Shown here: positions 18,214 through 27,667 of the stretch, piece after piece
How the letters are laid out: every line of letters begins with the position of its first letter
Numbering within the stretch: the stretch's first letter is position 1
The notes under the pieces: model-generated
What the model saw: the letters and a program-made list of their open reading frames with translations, nothing else
What the model was told of the DNA's origin: nothing
The model's database searches: none
Program-made: the position numbers and the translations under genes
Origin: Candidatus Latescibacterota bacterium
Lineage (GTDB): Bacteria; Latescibacterota; UBA2968
Assembly (NCBI GenBank): GCA_965204375.1
Contig: OZ241986.1
Location: 3,072,001 to 3,136,000, forward strand
Direction of reading: 5' to 3'
Length of the DNA: 64,000 nt

Positions 18214-19464
18214 ATGATGTTGCAACGTATATCGGTTATACTCGGAATTCTAATTCTTCTCTGGGCGCTTTCGGGGTGCAGTGAGGAAGCCACTGCTGAC
18301 AAAGCATCTGCTGATAGCAAGGCAAAGACCAGTTCGACCAAGGCTGATTCTGCCAAAGCTGATTCTGCCAAAGTTGCCGCAAAGCAGAAGCGAACCAAAC
18401 AACAGAATCCAAAGGCCAAAACCCAACCAAATCCCAGGCGCAAAAATCAAAAACCGAGAGTCGCCGAAGGAGTCCCCGTAAAAGTATCCGTCGTGGGAAC
18501 GGGTAAAATCTCCCAACATGTGCTCTACAGTGCCACAGTAGAAGCCGAAGAAACCATCGATATTTACGCACGAGGCTCCGGATTGGTGCGGCGCGTACTG
18601 ATCGAAGAAGGGGAGCGTGTGCGCGAGGGCCAGGTACTGATCGAACTGGTTGACGACGAATTAAAACTCAACGAAGCCGAGGCGAAATTGGCGTATCAAA
18701 AGCTGGAAAGCCAGCTCAGGCGAAAAGAAGAGTTATTTAATCGACAACTTTTGGCAAAAGAAGAATACGAAGACCTCAAAATCAATGTTGAACAGAGCAA
18801 AATTCGGTGGGAACGCGCCCGATTATCCCTCGATTACGCGCGCGTGCGCGCGCCAGTAAGCGGCGTCATATCACAACGCTCGGTCAAGTTAGGCGACCGC
18901 ATCGGTGCCAGCACAAAACTCTACGAAATGGTCAACTTGAGTCGCTTGATCGCTTATGTACACGTGCCGGGACAGGGCATGCACAATTTAGCGGTTGGAC
19001 AGCCCGCACTCATAACAACAGATTTCTTACCCGGTACAAAATTTGACGGAAAGATATTGCGTATTAGTCCAGTCGTCGATCCCGGATCGGGCACTTTTAA
19101 GGTAACCCTAGAACTGAAATCAAAGAATCGGCTGCTGCGGCCCGGCATGTTTGTCAATGCACACATCGTCACGGCGACCCACCCACATGCTGTCCTCGTA
19201 CCCAAGCGGGCTGTGGTGTACGACGATGGCATGCCGCATGTATTCGTCGTATCGGACAGCACAGTCAGTAAAGTGCGCTTTGAAATGGGCTTTGACGACA
19301 CCGAATTTGTCGAAGTACTCGCGGGTGTAAAAAAAGGCGACCAGATCGTAGTGGTAGGGCAAAATGGTCTGAAAAATAAAGCCAAAGTGCGAATCATCGA
19401 AGGCGAAGGATTGCGCATTCCCGCGAAGCCCGACTCAACTGGAGAACAGGCAGAAAAGACGTGA
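18214..19464 (+). CDS. RND efflux periplasmic adaptor (MFP) lipoprotein
   Basis: Lipobox LSGC; RAPVSGVI, ISPVVD and LRPGMF motifs. Confidence 0.92.
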   Translation: MMLQRISVILGILILLWALSGCSEEATADKASADSKAKTSSTKADSAKADSAKVAAKQKRTKQQNPKAKTQPNPRRKNQKPRVAEGVPVKVSVVGTGKISQHVLYSATVEAEETIDIYARGSGLVRRVLIEEGERVREGQVLIELVDDELKLNEAEAKLAYQKLESQLRRKEELFNRQLLAKEEYEDLKINVEQSKIRWERARLSLDYARVRAPVSGVISQRSVKLGDRIGASTKLYEMVNLSRLIAYVHVPGQGMHNLAVGQPALITTDFLPGTKFDGKILRISPVVDPGSGTFKVTLELKSKNRLLRPGMFVNAHIVTATHPHAVLVPKRAVVYDDGMPHVFVVSDSTVSKVRFEMGFDDTEFVEVLAGVKKGDQIVVVGQNGLKNKAKVRIIEGEGLRIPAKPDSTGEQAEKT

Positions 19465-19494
19465 TGAGGGATCTTTTGTTTGCTTGTTGTATAA

Positions 19495-19544
19495 AAATAG
19501 CGAATCGCAGACCTTAATATGTGGGCGGTTCGCTGATTTTTTTT
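19495..19544 (+). terminator. Terminator-like hairpin between MFP and RND genes
   Basis: AGCGAATCGC...GCGGTTCGCT followed by a T8 tract. Confidence 0.5.
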
Positions 19545-19556
19545 GCGGAGCGATAC

Positions 19557-22500
19557 ATGGAGAACAATATGGGATCGGAAGTTCGGGAAAATATAAAACG
19601 GGATTTTTCTCGCACATTTGAGATTACAACCCGGCGACCCGTAGCGATTTTTATGGTCGTCCTGGCCGTTGCCGTATTTGGTTATGTGTCTTATCAGCAA
19701 CTGCCGCTAAACATGATGCCCGACATTTCATATCCAACGCTAACAGTGCGTACGGAATATCCCGATACCGCACCCGAAGAAGTTGAAAATTTGATCTCAA
19801 GGCCCATTGAACAGCGCCTGGGGGTTGTGAGCAATCTCGTAAGCATTACATCGATCTCCAGACCTGGCATGTCCGATGTCATTTTGGAATTTGGCTGGGA
19901 CACCGATATGAATGACGCCGTGCAAACAGTGCGCGAAAACCTCGACCGCCTCAACTTGCCGCGCGGGGTCAATCGCCCGTTGATATTGCGCTACGACCCC
20001 ACGCAAGACCCGATAATGCGCGTTGGGATTTACGGCACCGAAAATATGTATGTATTGCGCCATATTGCCGAAGAAGAAATCAAGCAAGAATTAGAGGCAC
20101 TCAAAGGCGTAGCTGCTGCGCGTGTAAAAGGCGGACTCGAAGAAGAAATTCGGGTTGAGATCAGCGAACGACAATTGGCACTGATGGGACTCAATATCAA
20201 CACCATCAACCGGCGGCTGCAGGAGGAAAATGTCAACCTGGCTGGCGGCAGTTTGCTGGACGGACAAACGCAGTACCTCGTGCGTACGCTGAATGAATTT
20301 CGCACCATTGACGAGATTGCCAATCTGGTGGTGGGCGACCGCAACAACATTGAAATTCGGGTAAAAGATGTGGGGCAGGTTTATCGCACGCACAAAGAGC
20401 GGGAGATCATCACGCGGGTCAATGGTGTAGAAAGTGTAGAAATCGAAATTTTTAAGGAAGCCGACGCCAATATCGTAGCCACAGCACAGCGCGTGCGCGA
20501 CCGCCTGTTTGGCACGCCCGAACAATTGGAATACATAGAAAAACTCAAAGCGGGCGAAATCGAAGAAGCCAAAGCCAACGACCGGCGGGAACAAGTGCGA
20601 CAATTTGTGCAGATGAAGGAGATGACGAGTTTTATCGCCTTTACATTACCCGAAGACGTAGCCATGGAATTGCTGTCCGATCAATCGACATTTATTGAAT
20701 CATCGGTCAATGAAGTCAAGCAAACCGCGCTGATAGGCGGGTTATTGGCCATACTGGTCTTGTACATCTTCCTTCGCAATCCATCTCACACAGCTATTGT
20801 GGGCCTCGCCATCCCGATTTCAATTGTGGCGACATTTGCCCCCATGAACATTTTTGGCGTATCCCTGAATATCATGTCTCTGGGAGGGCTGGCACTCGGT
20901 ATTGGAATGCTAGTTGACAATGCCATTGTGGTATTGGAAAGCATTTTTCGATGTCGCGAAGAAGGCGACGATATGATTTCAGCCACCATCCGGGGGACAG
21001 GTGAAGTCGGTGGAGCGGTTTTTGCATCCACGCTGACAACCGTGGCGGTATTTTTTCCCATTGTATTTGTCGAAGGCGTGGCCGGGCAGATTTTTGGCGA
21101 CATGGCACTAACCGTTGTTTTTTCACTCCTGGCATCTCTGGGCGTCGCGCTATTCTTTATCCCCATGCTGGCTTCGCGGCAAGTGCATTTGGCACGCGGC
21201 GATGGCGAAGGGCAAGGTGGGCGCCTGATGCAGTCTGAAGTATTGCAATTGCGTTCGGTCGCGTGGTTACTCGAGGGCATGGGCCTGAAAAATAGGGACG
21301 AAAATGCGCTTCAATATCACGCCATGAATTCTCGCACGCTGTTGATGCGCGTGCCAATTGGCTTTGCCTACTTGTTGGGCGAATACATCGCCCGCGCATT
21401 GTGGCTTGCAAGTGTAATCGCGGTGGTGGCACTCAAAGCCGTATTCACCGTATTGGCGGTTCTCCTATACCCCATTATCTATCCCGGATGGGGATTTTAT
21501 TGCTGGCTCGGTTCTGGACCCTTATGGCGTCGTGAAATAAATCGCCTGTGGGGACCTGTATGTGTCTGGGCTGAGGATCGCGACCTGTTTGGCAAAACAT
21601 GGGTGCGGATCATATGGGACGATCTGCTGGCATTTGTGACGCCCCAAAATTTGGGACGCGACCTGGGTGTGCAAACGAAATGGACGGGGAGAACGTTGAA
21701 GCGCCTGTTCCGCTGGGTCCGGGACCGCGCGATCTGGAAGCGCGTTTTAAAAATCGCACCGGTGTTCCTCGGCGCAGTAGGCGTTTTGCTGCTCTTTGTA
21801 CTCGGCGCGGTTTATTTTCTTCTTAGATTCCTGATCTTTACAACACTCATCTTGATCGGCAAAATACTGATTCTGACACTCATGTTTGTATTTTTAACCG
21901 GATTGGTCGCATTGCTGGTAATCGCCCTTGTCCTGTTGCCCATCCTCGCGCCAGTGCTATTTTTGTTTGAGCGCGGTTTTGCCGCGATTCGACGCGCTTA
22001 TACGCCTTTTATCCGCTGGGCTTTGCACAACAGACTGAGCATTGTAGCGGGTGCTGTGGCACCTTTTGCAGTATGCTGGATGGTCTTGTTGCCCCGATTG
22101 GGCAATGAATTGATCCCACAGGTACATCAGGGCGAATTTAATGTGGATATTGGTTTGCCCGTGGGTACGCCGCTCGAAATGACTGATGAAACCCTGAAGC
22201 TCATCGAATCGCGGGTGATGGATACTTATGATGTGGGGGCGATTTCTTCGACAGTGGGCGTGGATAAAACCGATATCACATCGTCTGATCAGGGCGAGCA
22301 CACCGGGGTTGTGTCTGTGGTACTGGAGGATATCGAAACAGAGGGTCCCCAAAATGTAATGGCGGGTTGGGGGCAAGACCTCCTGACATTGCCCACACGT
22401 ATTTGGGGCGGCATCAGAGGAGAAAGTGTTTTAGCACAGCGCGAAGACGCATTGATGGCTGATTTGCGAAACAGGCTCTCGGATTTGCCGCAGATAAAAG

Positions 22501-23597
22501 CCGATTTTTCACGCCCCGAACTATTTAGTTTTAAGACGCCTATAGAAGTGGAAATTCGCGGTTATGATTTGCCAACATTGACCCAATTGGGGCGCGAAGC
22601 CGAGCGGGTAATGAGCGAGATTCCCGGACTTTACGATGTGAAGTCGAGCCTTCAGCGCGGCAACCCGGAAGTGCAAATAGTCTATAAGCGCGAATTGTTA
22701 GCCAAATACAACTTGAATGTGCGCCAGGTAGCCTCGCTGGTGCGCGAAAAAGTACAGGGCAATGTGGTGACGCGATTTCGAGAGGCCGACCGGCGCATTG
22801 ATGTACTGGTGCGCGTAGATGAGGCCGACCGCGCCGGAGTAACTGAGTTGCGCCGACTGGTGGTGAACCCGGGGCGACAGCAAGTGCCCATTCGCCTATC
22901 TGCGGTAGCCGAAATTGAAGTACACGAAGGGCCGAGTGAAATTCGACGCATAGATCAACAGCGCGCAGTTCTGATTTCAGCCAATGTGAGCGGTATAGAC
23001 CTGGGAACAATGACCGCTATGATTCAGCAGGCACTGGAAACAATGGAAGTACCCCAGGATGTGTCGATGGTCATTGGCGGACAAAACAAGGAAATGGAGA
23101 CATCGTTGGACAGTTTGACCTTTGCATTGGCTCTCGCAATTTTTCTCGTGTACATCGTAATGGCCTCGCAATTTGAATCATTTCTCCATCCATTCGTAAT
23201 TATGTTTAGCATTCCACTGGCACTGATTGGCGTAATCGTCATTCTATTTCTCACGGGCATACCTCTTTCCGTCGTGGTGTTTTTGGGCGTTATCATGCTG
23301 GCGGGCATTGTGGTGAACAATGCCATTGTGCTCGTAGATTATATCAACCACCTGCGGCGCAGTGGTCTGTCCAAATTGGAAGCAATTGTGCAGGCCGGCG
23401 AAGTGCGATTGCGCCCTATCTTGATGACCACATCGACAACCGTGCTGGGATTATTGCCCATGGCACTCGGCCTGGGCGATGGCGCAGAAATCCGCACGCC
23501 AATGGCGATCACCGTCGTTGCCGGCCTAATCAGTTCCACCCTATTAACACTGGTAATTATTCCAACCGTATATTCTCTAATGGATCGCAGCGAATAG
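19557..23597 (+). CDS. RND efflux permease (AcrB/AcrD/AcrF family) with a large insertion
   Basis: RRPVA, PEEVE, GMLVDNAIVVLE, GIVVNNAIVLVD and RLRPILMT motifs. ~1346 aa. ATG 19557 follows GGAG. Confidence 0.92.
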   Translation: MENNMGSEVRENIKRDFSRTFEITTRRPVAIFMVVLAVAVFGYVSYQQLPLNMMPDISYPTLTVRTEYPDTAPEEVENLISRPIEQRLGVVSNLVSITSISRPGMSDVILEFGWDTDMNDAVQTVRENLDRLNLPRGVNRPLILRYDPTQDPIMRVGIYGTENMYVLRHIAEEEIKQELEALKGVAAARVKGGLEEEIRVEISERQLALMGLNINTINRRLQEENVNLAGGSLLDGQTQYLVRTLNEFRTIDEIANLVVGDRNNIEIRVKDVGQVYRTHKEREIITRVNGVESVEIEIFKEADANIVATAQRVRDRLFGTPEQLEYIEKLKAGEIEEAKANDRREQVRQFVQMKEMTSFIAFTLPEDVAMELLSDQSTFIESSVNEVKQTALIGGLLAILVLYIFLRNPSHTAIVGLAIPISIVATFAPMNIFGVSLNIMSLGGLALGIGMLVDNAIVVLESIFRCREEGDDMISATIRGTGEVGGAVFASTLTTVAVFFPIVFVEGVAGQIFGDMALTVVFSLLASLGVALFFIPMLASRQVHLARGDGEGQGGRLMQSEVLQLRSVAWLLEGMGLKNRDENALQYHAMNSRTLLMRVPIGFAYLLGEYIARALWLASVIAVVALKAVFTVLAVLLYPIIYPGWGFYCWLGSGPLWRREINRLWGPVCVWAEDRDLFGKTWVRIIWDDLLAFVTPQNLGRDLGVQTKWTGRTLKRLFRWVRDRAIWKRVLKIAPVFLGAVGVLLLFVLGAVYFLLRFLIFTTLILIGKILILTLMFVFLTGLVALLVIALVLLPILAPVLFLFERGFAAIRRAYTPFIRWALHNRLSIVAGAVAPFAVCWMVLLPRLGNELIPQVHQGEFNVDIGLPVGTPLEMTDETLKLIESRVMDTYDVGAISSTVGVDKTDITSSDQGEHTGVVSVVLEDIETEGPQNVMAGWGQDLLTLPTRIWGGIRGESVLAQREDALMADLRNRLSDLPQIKADFSRPELFSFKTPIEVEIRGYDLPTLTQLGREAERVMSEIPGLYDVKSSLQRGNPEVQIVYKRELLAKYNLNVRQVASLVREKVQGNVVTRFREADRRIDVLVRVDEADRAGVTELRRLVVNPGRQQVPIRLSAVAEIEVHEGPSEIRRIDQQRAVLISANVSGIDLGTMTAMIQQALETMEVPQDVSMVIGGQNKEMETSLDSLTFALALAIFLVYIVMASQFESFLHPFVIMFSIPLALIGVIVILFLTGIPLSVVVFLGVIMLAGIVVNNAIVLVDYINHLRRSGLSKLEAIVQAGEVRLRPILMTTSTTVLGLLPMALGLGDGAEIRTPMAITVVAGLISSTLLTLVIIPTVYSLMDRSE

Positions 23598-23797
23598 GGG
23601 TGGATCCCTGTGCCCGCCTGCAGTTCCAGCCCCCAGCCCCTTTTTTCCAATTGACTTTTGACAACTTTTTGTTTTCTTAAGCACTTGAAATTTTTTATGG
23701 CAAGTAAGCAAATACTCGGTAACTTTTTGAGCGTTTTTTCGTCTAACCCTTGTAACAACGATAGTCACCCTATTTGCGAAATATGGAGATTTGAATA

Positions 23798-25171
23798 ATG
23801 GGATTTGTTAAATATATCGCTGTATTGACAATTATCTTTGCCAGTGTGAATACCAGTGCTCAGGAAGAGCGGAAGGAAATGCGCCTGACGCTCAATGAGT
23901 GTGTGGAAATCGCGCTGACGAGCAGTGCCCAGATCGAGCAATTTAAGTACACGGTTGCGATTGCTGAAACCCAGGTAGATAATGCGCGAAATAGTTTTTT
24001 CCCGACTAATTCTACGATGAACTGGGGGCTCAATAGAAGTGTTCAGGGGCCGCGTGAAGGACAAGTTCTGGATCAGACGACCGGTACTCTGGTGCAGTTA
24101 TTGGGGGAAGATCGAATTGGTGGTGGACAGAACTTCAGAATTGGTGGACTGTCAATGCCGATTTATGACGGTCAAATCATTTCCCAGCTATCGAGTGCGA
24201 AAAACAGCCTGATGCAAACGCAAATGCAACAAGCTGGCAATCGCCAAACGATCATTTTTCAAACCAAGCAGCGCTACTTTCTATTGTTACAAGCCATTAA
24301 ACTATTGGAAGTCCAGCAAGAGCGCGTGCGAGTAGCCGAAGAAAGCCTGCGTCGCGCAGAAACCCTGTACGAGATTGGATCCGCGGCAATTTTACAGGTG
24401 ACGAATGCAAGATCAAATCTGGCGGGTTTGCGCGCAACCCTGATTCAGCGAGAAAATGCCGTGTTCATCGCCCAGTCGAACCTGGCATTTACAATGGGCC
24501 TGGGCACGGATGTGGATATTATTCCATCAGAAGAAGAATTTGAACTTCTGACTCCGAAATATTCTTTTACCGATGCATTGTCTATAGCCCTTAAAGAACA
24601 CCCCGACATTCTGGGTAGCAAGTACAGTATGCTGGCGTCCCGGGACACTTATAATGCAACGAGAAAGAGTTTGTACCATCCCAGAATAACGATGAGCACG
24701 GGTGCTTATAGCTGGAGCATTGGTAAGGATGAGGAATTTGGCGGTATAGAAGACATATTCCTCAAGAACTATAACTATAGTTTTAGTATCGGCGTGACCA
24801 TGCCCCTTTTCAACTTCAATACGAGCATCAACTTGAAACGTCAAAAGCTACAGTATTTGCGCAGCCAGGAACAGTTAGATCAGGCCAAACGACAAAAAGC
24901 AGTGATCCTTCAGCAACGTTATCTCAACCTGGAGCGCTTTCGGCGTTTGATCGAAGCAAATGAAGTAGCTGTGCAAGCGGCTGAAGAAAATTTTAAGCTG
25001 GAAGAAGAGCGGTATAATTTTGGCGGGGGAACTTTTCTCGAGCGATTGACCGCTCAGCGCGATTTGTTTGATGCGCGCAATAATCTGGTGCAGTCAAAAT
25101 ACAACTATTTGATCGAAATGGCGAATTTGGAAAACGAAGTCGGCACACCTGTTGTCGGAAATCCTGAATAA
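23798..25171 (+). CDS. TolC-family outer membrane efflux protein
   Basis: Signal peptide; two OEP coiled-coil repeats (YEIG.., RYNFGGGT..ERLTAQ); located after the RND permease. Confidence 0.88.
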   Translation: MGFVKYIAVLTIIFASVNTSAQEERKEMRLTLNECVEIALTSSAQIEQFKYTVAIAETQVDNARNSFFPTNSTMNWGLNRSVQGPREGQVLDQTTGTLVQLLGEDRIGGGQNFRIGGLSMPIYDGQIISQLSSAKNSLMQTQMQQAGNRQTIIFQTKQRYFLLLQAIKLLEVQQERVRVAEESLRRAETLYEIGSAAILQVTNARSNLAGLRATLIQRENAVFIAQSNLAFTMGLGTDVDIIPSEEEFELLTPKYSFTDALSIALKEHPDILGSKYSMLASRDTYNATRKSLYHPRITMSTGAYSWSIGKDEEFGGIEDIFLKNYNYSFSIGVTMPLFNFNTSINLKRQKLQYLRSQEQLDQAKRQKAVILQQRYLNLERFRRLIEANEVAVQAAEENFKLEEERYNFGGGTFLERLTAQRDLFDARNNLVQSKYNYLIEMANLENEVGTPVVGNPE

Positions 25172-25186
25172 TACGGAGGCAAGTTT

Positions 25187-25645
25187 ATGAGTATGTTTTA
25201 TCGAACTGGTATGGGATTGGTTGTGGTTGCCTTGCTCTTGAGCACGGCTATACCTGCCCAGGCTGTGGGCAAAGATTTTTTGATGCGATCAAAATTTCAC
25301 AGCGCGATGATGCTGGGCCTGGGCGGCGTACTTGTTAAGGAAGCATTTGATGCAAAAAAAGAGGCCAATGATGCTTATGATCTTTACAAACAAGCTGGCA
25401 CCTCTGCATTAGCACGAGAATTTTACGATAATTCCAAGCGTCATGACACCCGCGCTATGGTGTTGGGCGTTGCCGGTGGCGCAGCGATTCTTTTTTCCGT
25501 GCATCTATTTTTAAAAGAAGATGAGAGTGGTTTGCCTCCCCCGAAGATGGATCGGGGCATTGTGAACATCAAGGGTGTGGCAGTAGATATAAAAGGCGAT
25601 GTGTTTCAGAGAAAGATGCAGGTTCAGATAAAAAAAGGGTTTTAA
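25187..25645 (+). CDS. Hypothetical exported/membrane protein
   Basis: Signal peptide (AQA cleavage), two hydrophobic stretches, C-terminal Phe; SD GGAGG. Confidence 0.7.
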   Translation: MSMFYRTGMGLVVVALLLSTAIPAQAVGKDFLMRSKFHSAMMLGLGGVLVKEAFDAKKEANDAYDLYKQAGTSALAREFYDNSKRHDTRAMVLGVAGGAAILFSVHLFLKEDESGLPPPKMDRGIVNIKGVAVDIKGDVFQRKMQVQIKKGF

Positions 25646-25658
25646 AAGAAAAAAAATA

Positions 25659-25698
25659 AAAAAAGGGTCAATGCTCGCGTGAGTGTTGACCCTTTTTT
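25659..25698 (+). terminator. Intrinsic (bidirectional) terminator
   Basis: AAAAAAGGGTCAATGCTC-GCGT-GAGTGTTGACCCTTTTTT. Confidence 0.8.
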
Positions 25699-25725
25699 GC
25701 ATGGTATTTGTGGAGGGCGTTTGAC

Positions 25726-26220
25726 ATGCCATCGGGAAAAACACATACGCGGATTGATCTTTTTCTACTGGTAATCATTATCGGCATAGGAGCCTGCTTT
25801 TGGGGGCCCCTCGTCGAATATTTCGGACGCGATGAAATGGTCGAATACGGAACTGTTTTTGTGGTTGCCTACTTATTTGGCACGTTTTTACTATCGCCCG
25901 ACCTGGACTTAAAAGTCAGTGACCCATTGAAAAACTGGGGGATTTTGCGTTTGCTGTGGCGGCCTTATTCTCATATTTTCAAACACAGAGGGCTTTCTCA
26001 TACGCCGATTGTGGGCACCCTGACCCGGGTGCTTTATATTTTCATAGTTGTGTACGCAATCGCAGCTATAGCCAACGCATTCTTTGATCTGGGTTGGAAA
26101 ATGTCGTTTGACGACTTGAAGGACATGGATCTCAAAATCGTTATATGGGCACTTGCGGGGCTGTGTTTGCCCGATCTCTTTCACATTTTGGCCGATCACA
26201 CACTTAAAAACGCCCGTTGA
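25726..26220 (+). CDS. DUF2227-like putative metal-binding membrane protein
   Basis: MPSGKTH, LSPDLDL, HRGLSH..GT and HILADH motifs. Confidence 0.8.
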   Translation: MPSGKTHTRIDLFLLVIIIGIGACFWGPLVEYFGRDEMVEYGTVFVVAYLFGTFLLSPDLDLKVSDPLKNWGILRLLWRPYSHIFKHRGLSHTPIVGTLTRVLYIFIVVYAIAAIANAFFDLGWKMSFDDLKDMDLKIVIWALAGLCLPDLFHILADHTLKNAR

Positions 26221-26245
26221 CTTCTGGTTTAGTGCCCCTTATATT
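26217..26245 (+). promoter_or_regulatory. sigma-70 promoter for the M23-bactofilin pair
   Basis: TTGACT-17 bp-TATATT. Confidence 0.6.
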
Positions 26246-26278
26246 GCACACCCCACAGCTCAAGGCATTAACGGAGGC

Positions 26279-27112
26279 GTGTTGAACTGGCAACGCAAAA
26301 ATTTTTCAGTGCTGGTCATTCCAGACGATGGATCAAGAACCCTGAAGTTTAAGCTCGGTTATCGCATGCTATTGGGGATAGGCTCGGGATTGGCCTTTGC
26401 CCTGTGTATGGTATTTATCGGTCTGTTTTTTTTCTGGCAGGCCCTATCCTGGAAACACACCGCGCAAACTCTTGAACAGGAAAATGAGCGTCTATACGCC
26501 GACGTTGCCCGCGTGGATGAACTGGCGCAAGTGGTAATGCGCATGCAGGTCGGAGAGCAAAAACTGCGTTCTATATTGGCAGGTCACATGGGCTTGTCGC
26601 CAATACCCGATGAAGCGCAGTACATTGAAGGATCCTATGAAATAGCAACCCTATTGGTGCAAAACAAGCCGCGTAGTGGTCTGGATATGCACTGGATTCC
26701 CGCAATCTGGCCTGTACCCCCTTCTCTTGGATGGGTGGCACGCGCATTTGAAGCGAGAGACAACAGCGTCAATGGGTTATTTCTGAGTGGCGTATTGAAA
26801 AAACGCCACTCGGGGATTGATATCGCCGCCAGTGCAGGGACACCCGTGCAGGCCACAGCCAATGGACAGGTGACATTTGCAGATTTCGATCCCGAGTTGG
26901 GACATATGGTGGTTATTGATCACGGTGGTATTTATACGACGCGGTATGGTCACAACCGCGCACTGTTGGTCAAAGAAGGAGACTATGTCAGACAAGGGCA
27001 ATACATTGCACTGGTAGGCACCTCAACGCAAAGCCGTGAACCTCATTTACACTACGAAGTTATCAAAGGGGGACGGGCATGCAATCCGCACGATTTCTTA
27101 CCTCAAAATTAG
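26279..27112 (+). CDS. M23-family metallopeptidase with N-terminal TM and coiled coil
   Basis: HSGIDI (HxxxD), YGH and PHLHYE (HxH) motifs. Start GTG 26279 or TTG 26282 after GGAGG. Confidence 0.9.
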   Translation: MLNWQRKNFSVLVIPDDGSRTLKFKLGYRMLLGIGSGLAFALCMVFIGLFFFWQALSWKHTAQTLEQENERLYADVARVDELAQVVMRMQVGEQKLRSILAGHMGLSPIPDEAQYIEGSYEIATLLVQNKPRSGLDMHWIPAIWPVPPSLGWVARAFEARDNSVNGLFLSGVLKKRHSGIDIAASAGTPVQATANGQVTFADFDPELGHMVVIDHGGIYTTRYGHNRALLVKEGDYVRQGQYIALVGTSTQSREPHLHYEVIKGGRACNPHDFLPQN

Positions 27113-27573
27113 CGAAGTTGAACAAACAAGACCACGTAGAAGCCATCAATACAATTGTGGGCGAGGGGTCGGTTGTGGAAGGGCATTTTCAGATCGCCAA
27201 TAGTATCCGAGTAGATGGGACTTTTCGCGGAAAAATCATGTCTTCTGGTTCACTGATCGTCAGTACTCAGGGAGAGGTAGATGCCGATTTGATTCAGGTA
27301 AAAGATGCGGTTGTTGATGGATGTGTCAAAGGACCTCTGTATGCCTCGCACTCCGTAAGGCTCGGCCCCAGTGCTGAGGTTGATGGTGACATTACAACTC
27401 AGGTGCTGATCGTCGAAAAAGGTGCTGTATTGCGAGGGATATGCGCTGTAGCACCCAATGCTGTAGATATAGAAACGCAAGAAGATGTGGATACAGAAAC
27501 GCAGGAAGATATAGAAACACAAGAAGATGCGGATATGGAAACGCAGAAGGATATTGAGCAGGTAGCAGATTGA
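27079..27573 (+). CDS. Bactofilin (polymer-forming cytoskeletal protein) with acidic repeat tail
   Basis: TIVGEGSVVEG..IRVDG.F.G.I...V.GDI....LIVEKGA.L.G beta-helix pattern. Start may be TTG 27118. Confidence 0.88.
   Translation: MQSARFLTSKLAKLNKQDHVEAINTIVGEGSVVEGHFQIANSIRVDGTFRGKIMSSGSLIVSTQGEVDADLIQVKDAVVDGCVKGPLYASHSVRLGPSAEVDGDITTQVLIVEKGAVLRGICAVAPNAVDIETQEDVDTETQEDIETQEDADMETQKDIEQVAD
27463..27561 (+). repeat. Coding tandem repeat (DIETQE / DxDxETQE units)
   Basis: GATATAGAAACGCAAGAA-type 18- and 24-nt units with a 42-nt period, repeated ~2.3 times. Confidence 0.85.
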
Positions 27574-27590
27574 TCGACACTGCGATAGAC

Positions 27591-27623
27591 AAAAAAACGC
27601 GCGTTTATGATGCGCGTTTTTTT
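27591..27623. terminator. Bidirectional terminator
   Basis: A7-CGCGCGT-TTATG-ATGCGCG-T7 between the convergent bactofilin and hflX genes. Confidence 0.85.
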
Positions 27624-27667
27624 GTTGCCTATTCTCGGATGGCTGCCCCCCTGATACCGAATCGCAT

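Noticed and set aside
27463-27561. Possible CRISPR-like repeats
   Set aside because: These are in-frame coding repeats without unique spacers, and no cas genes are present.
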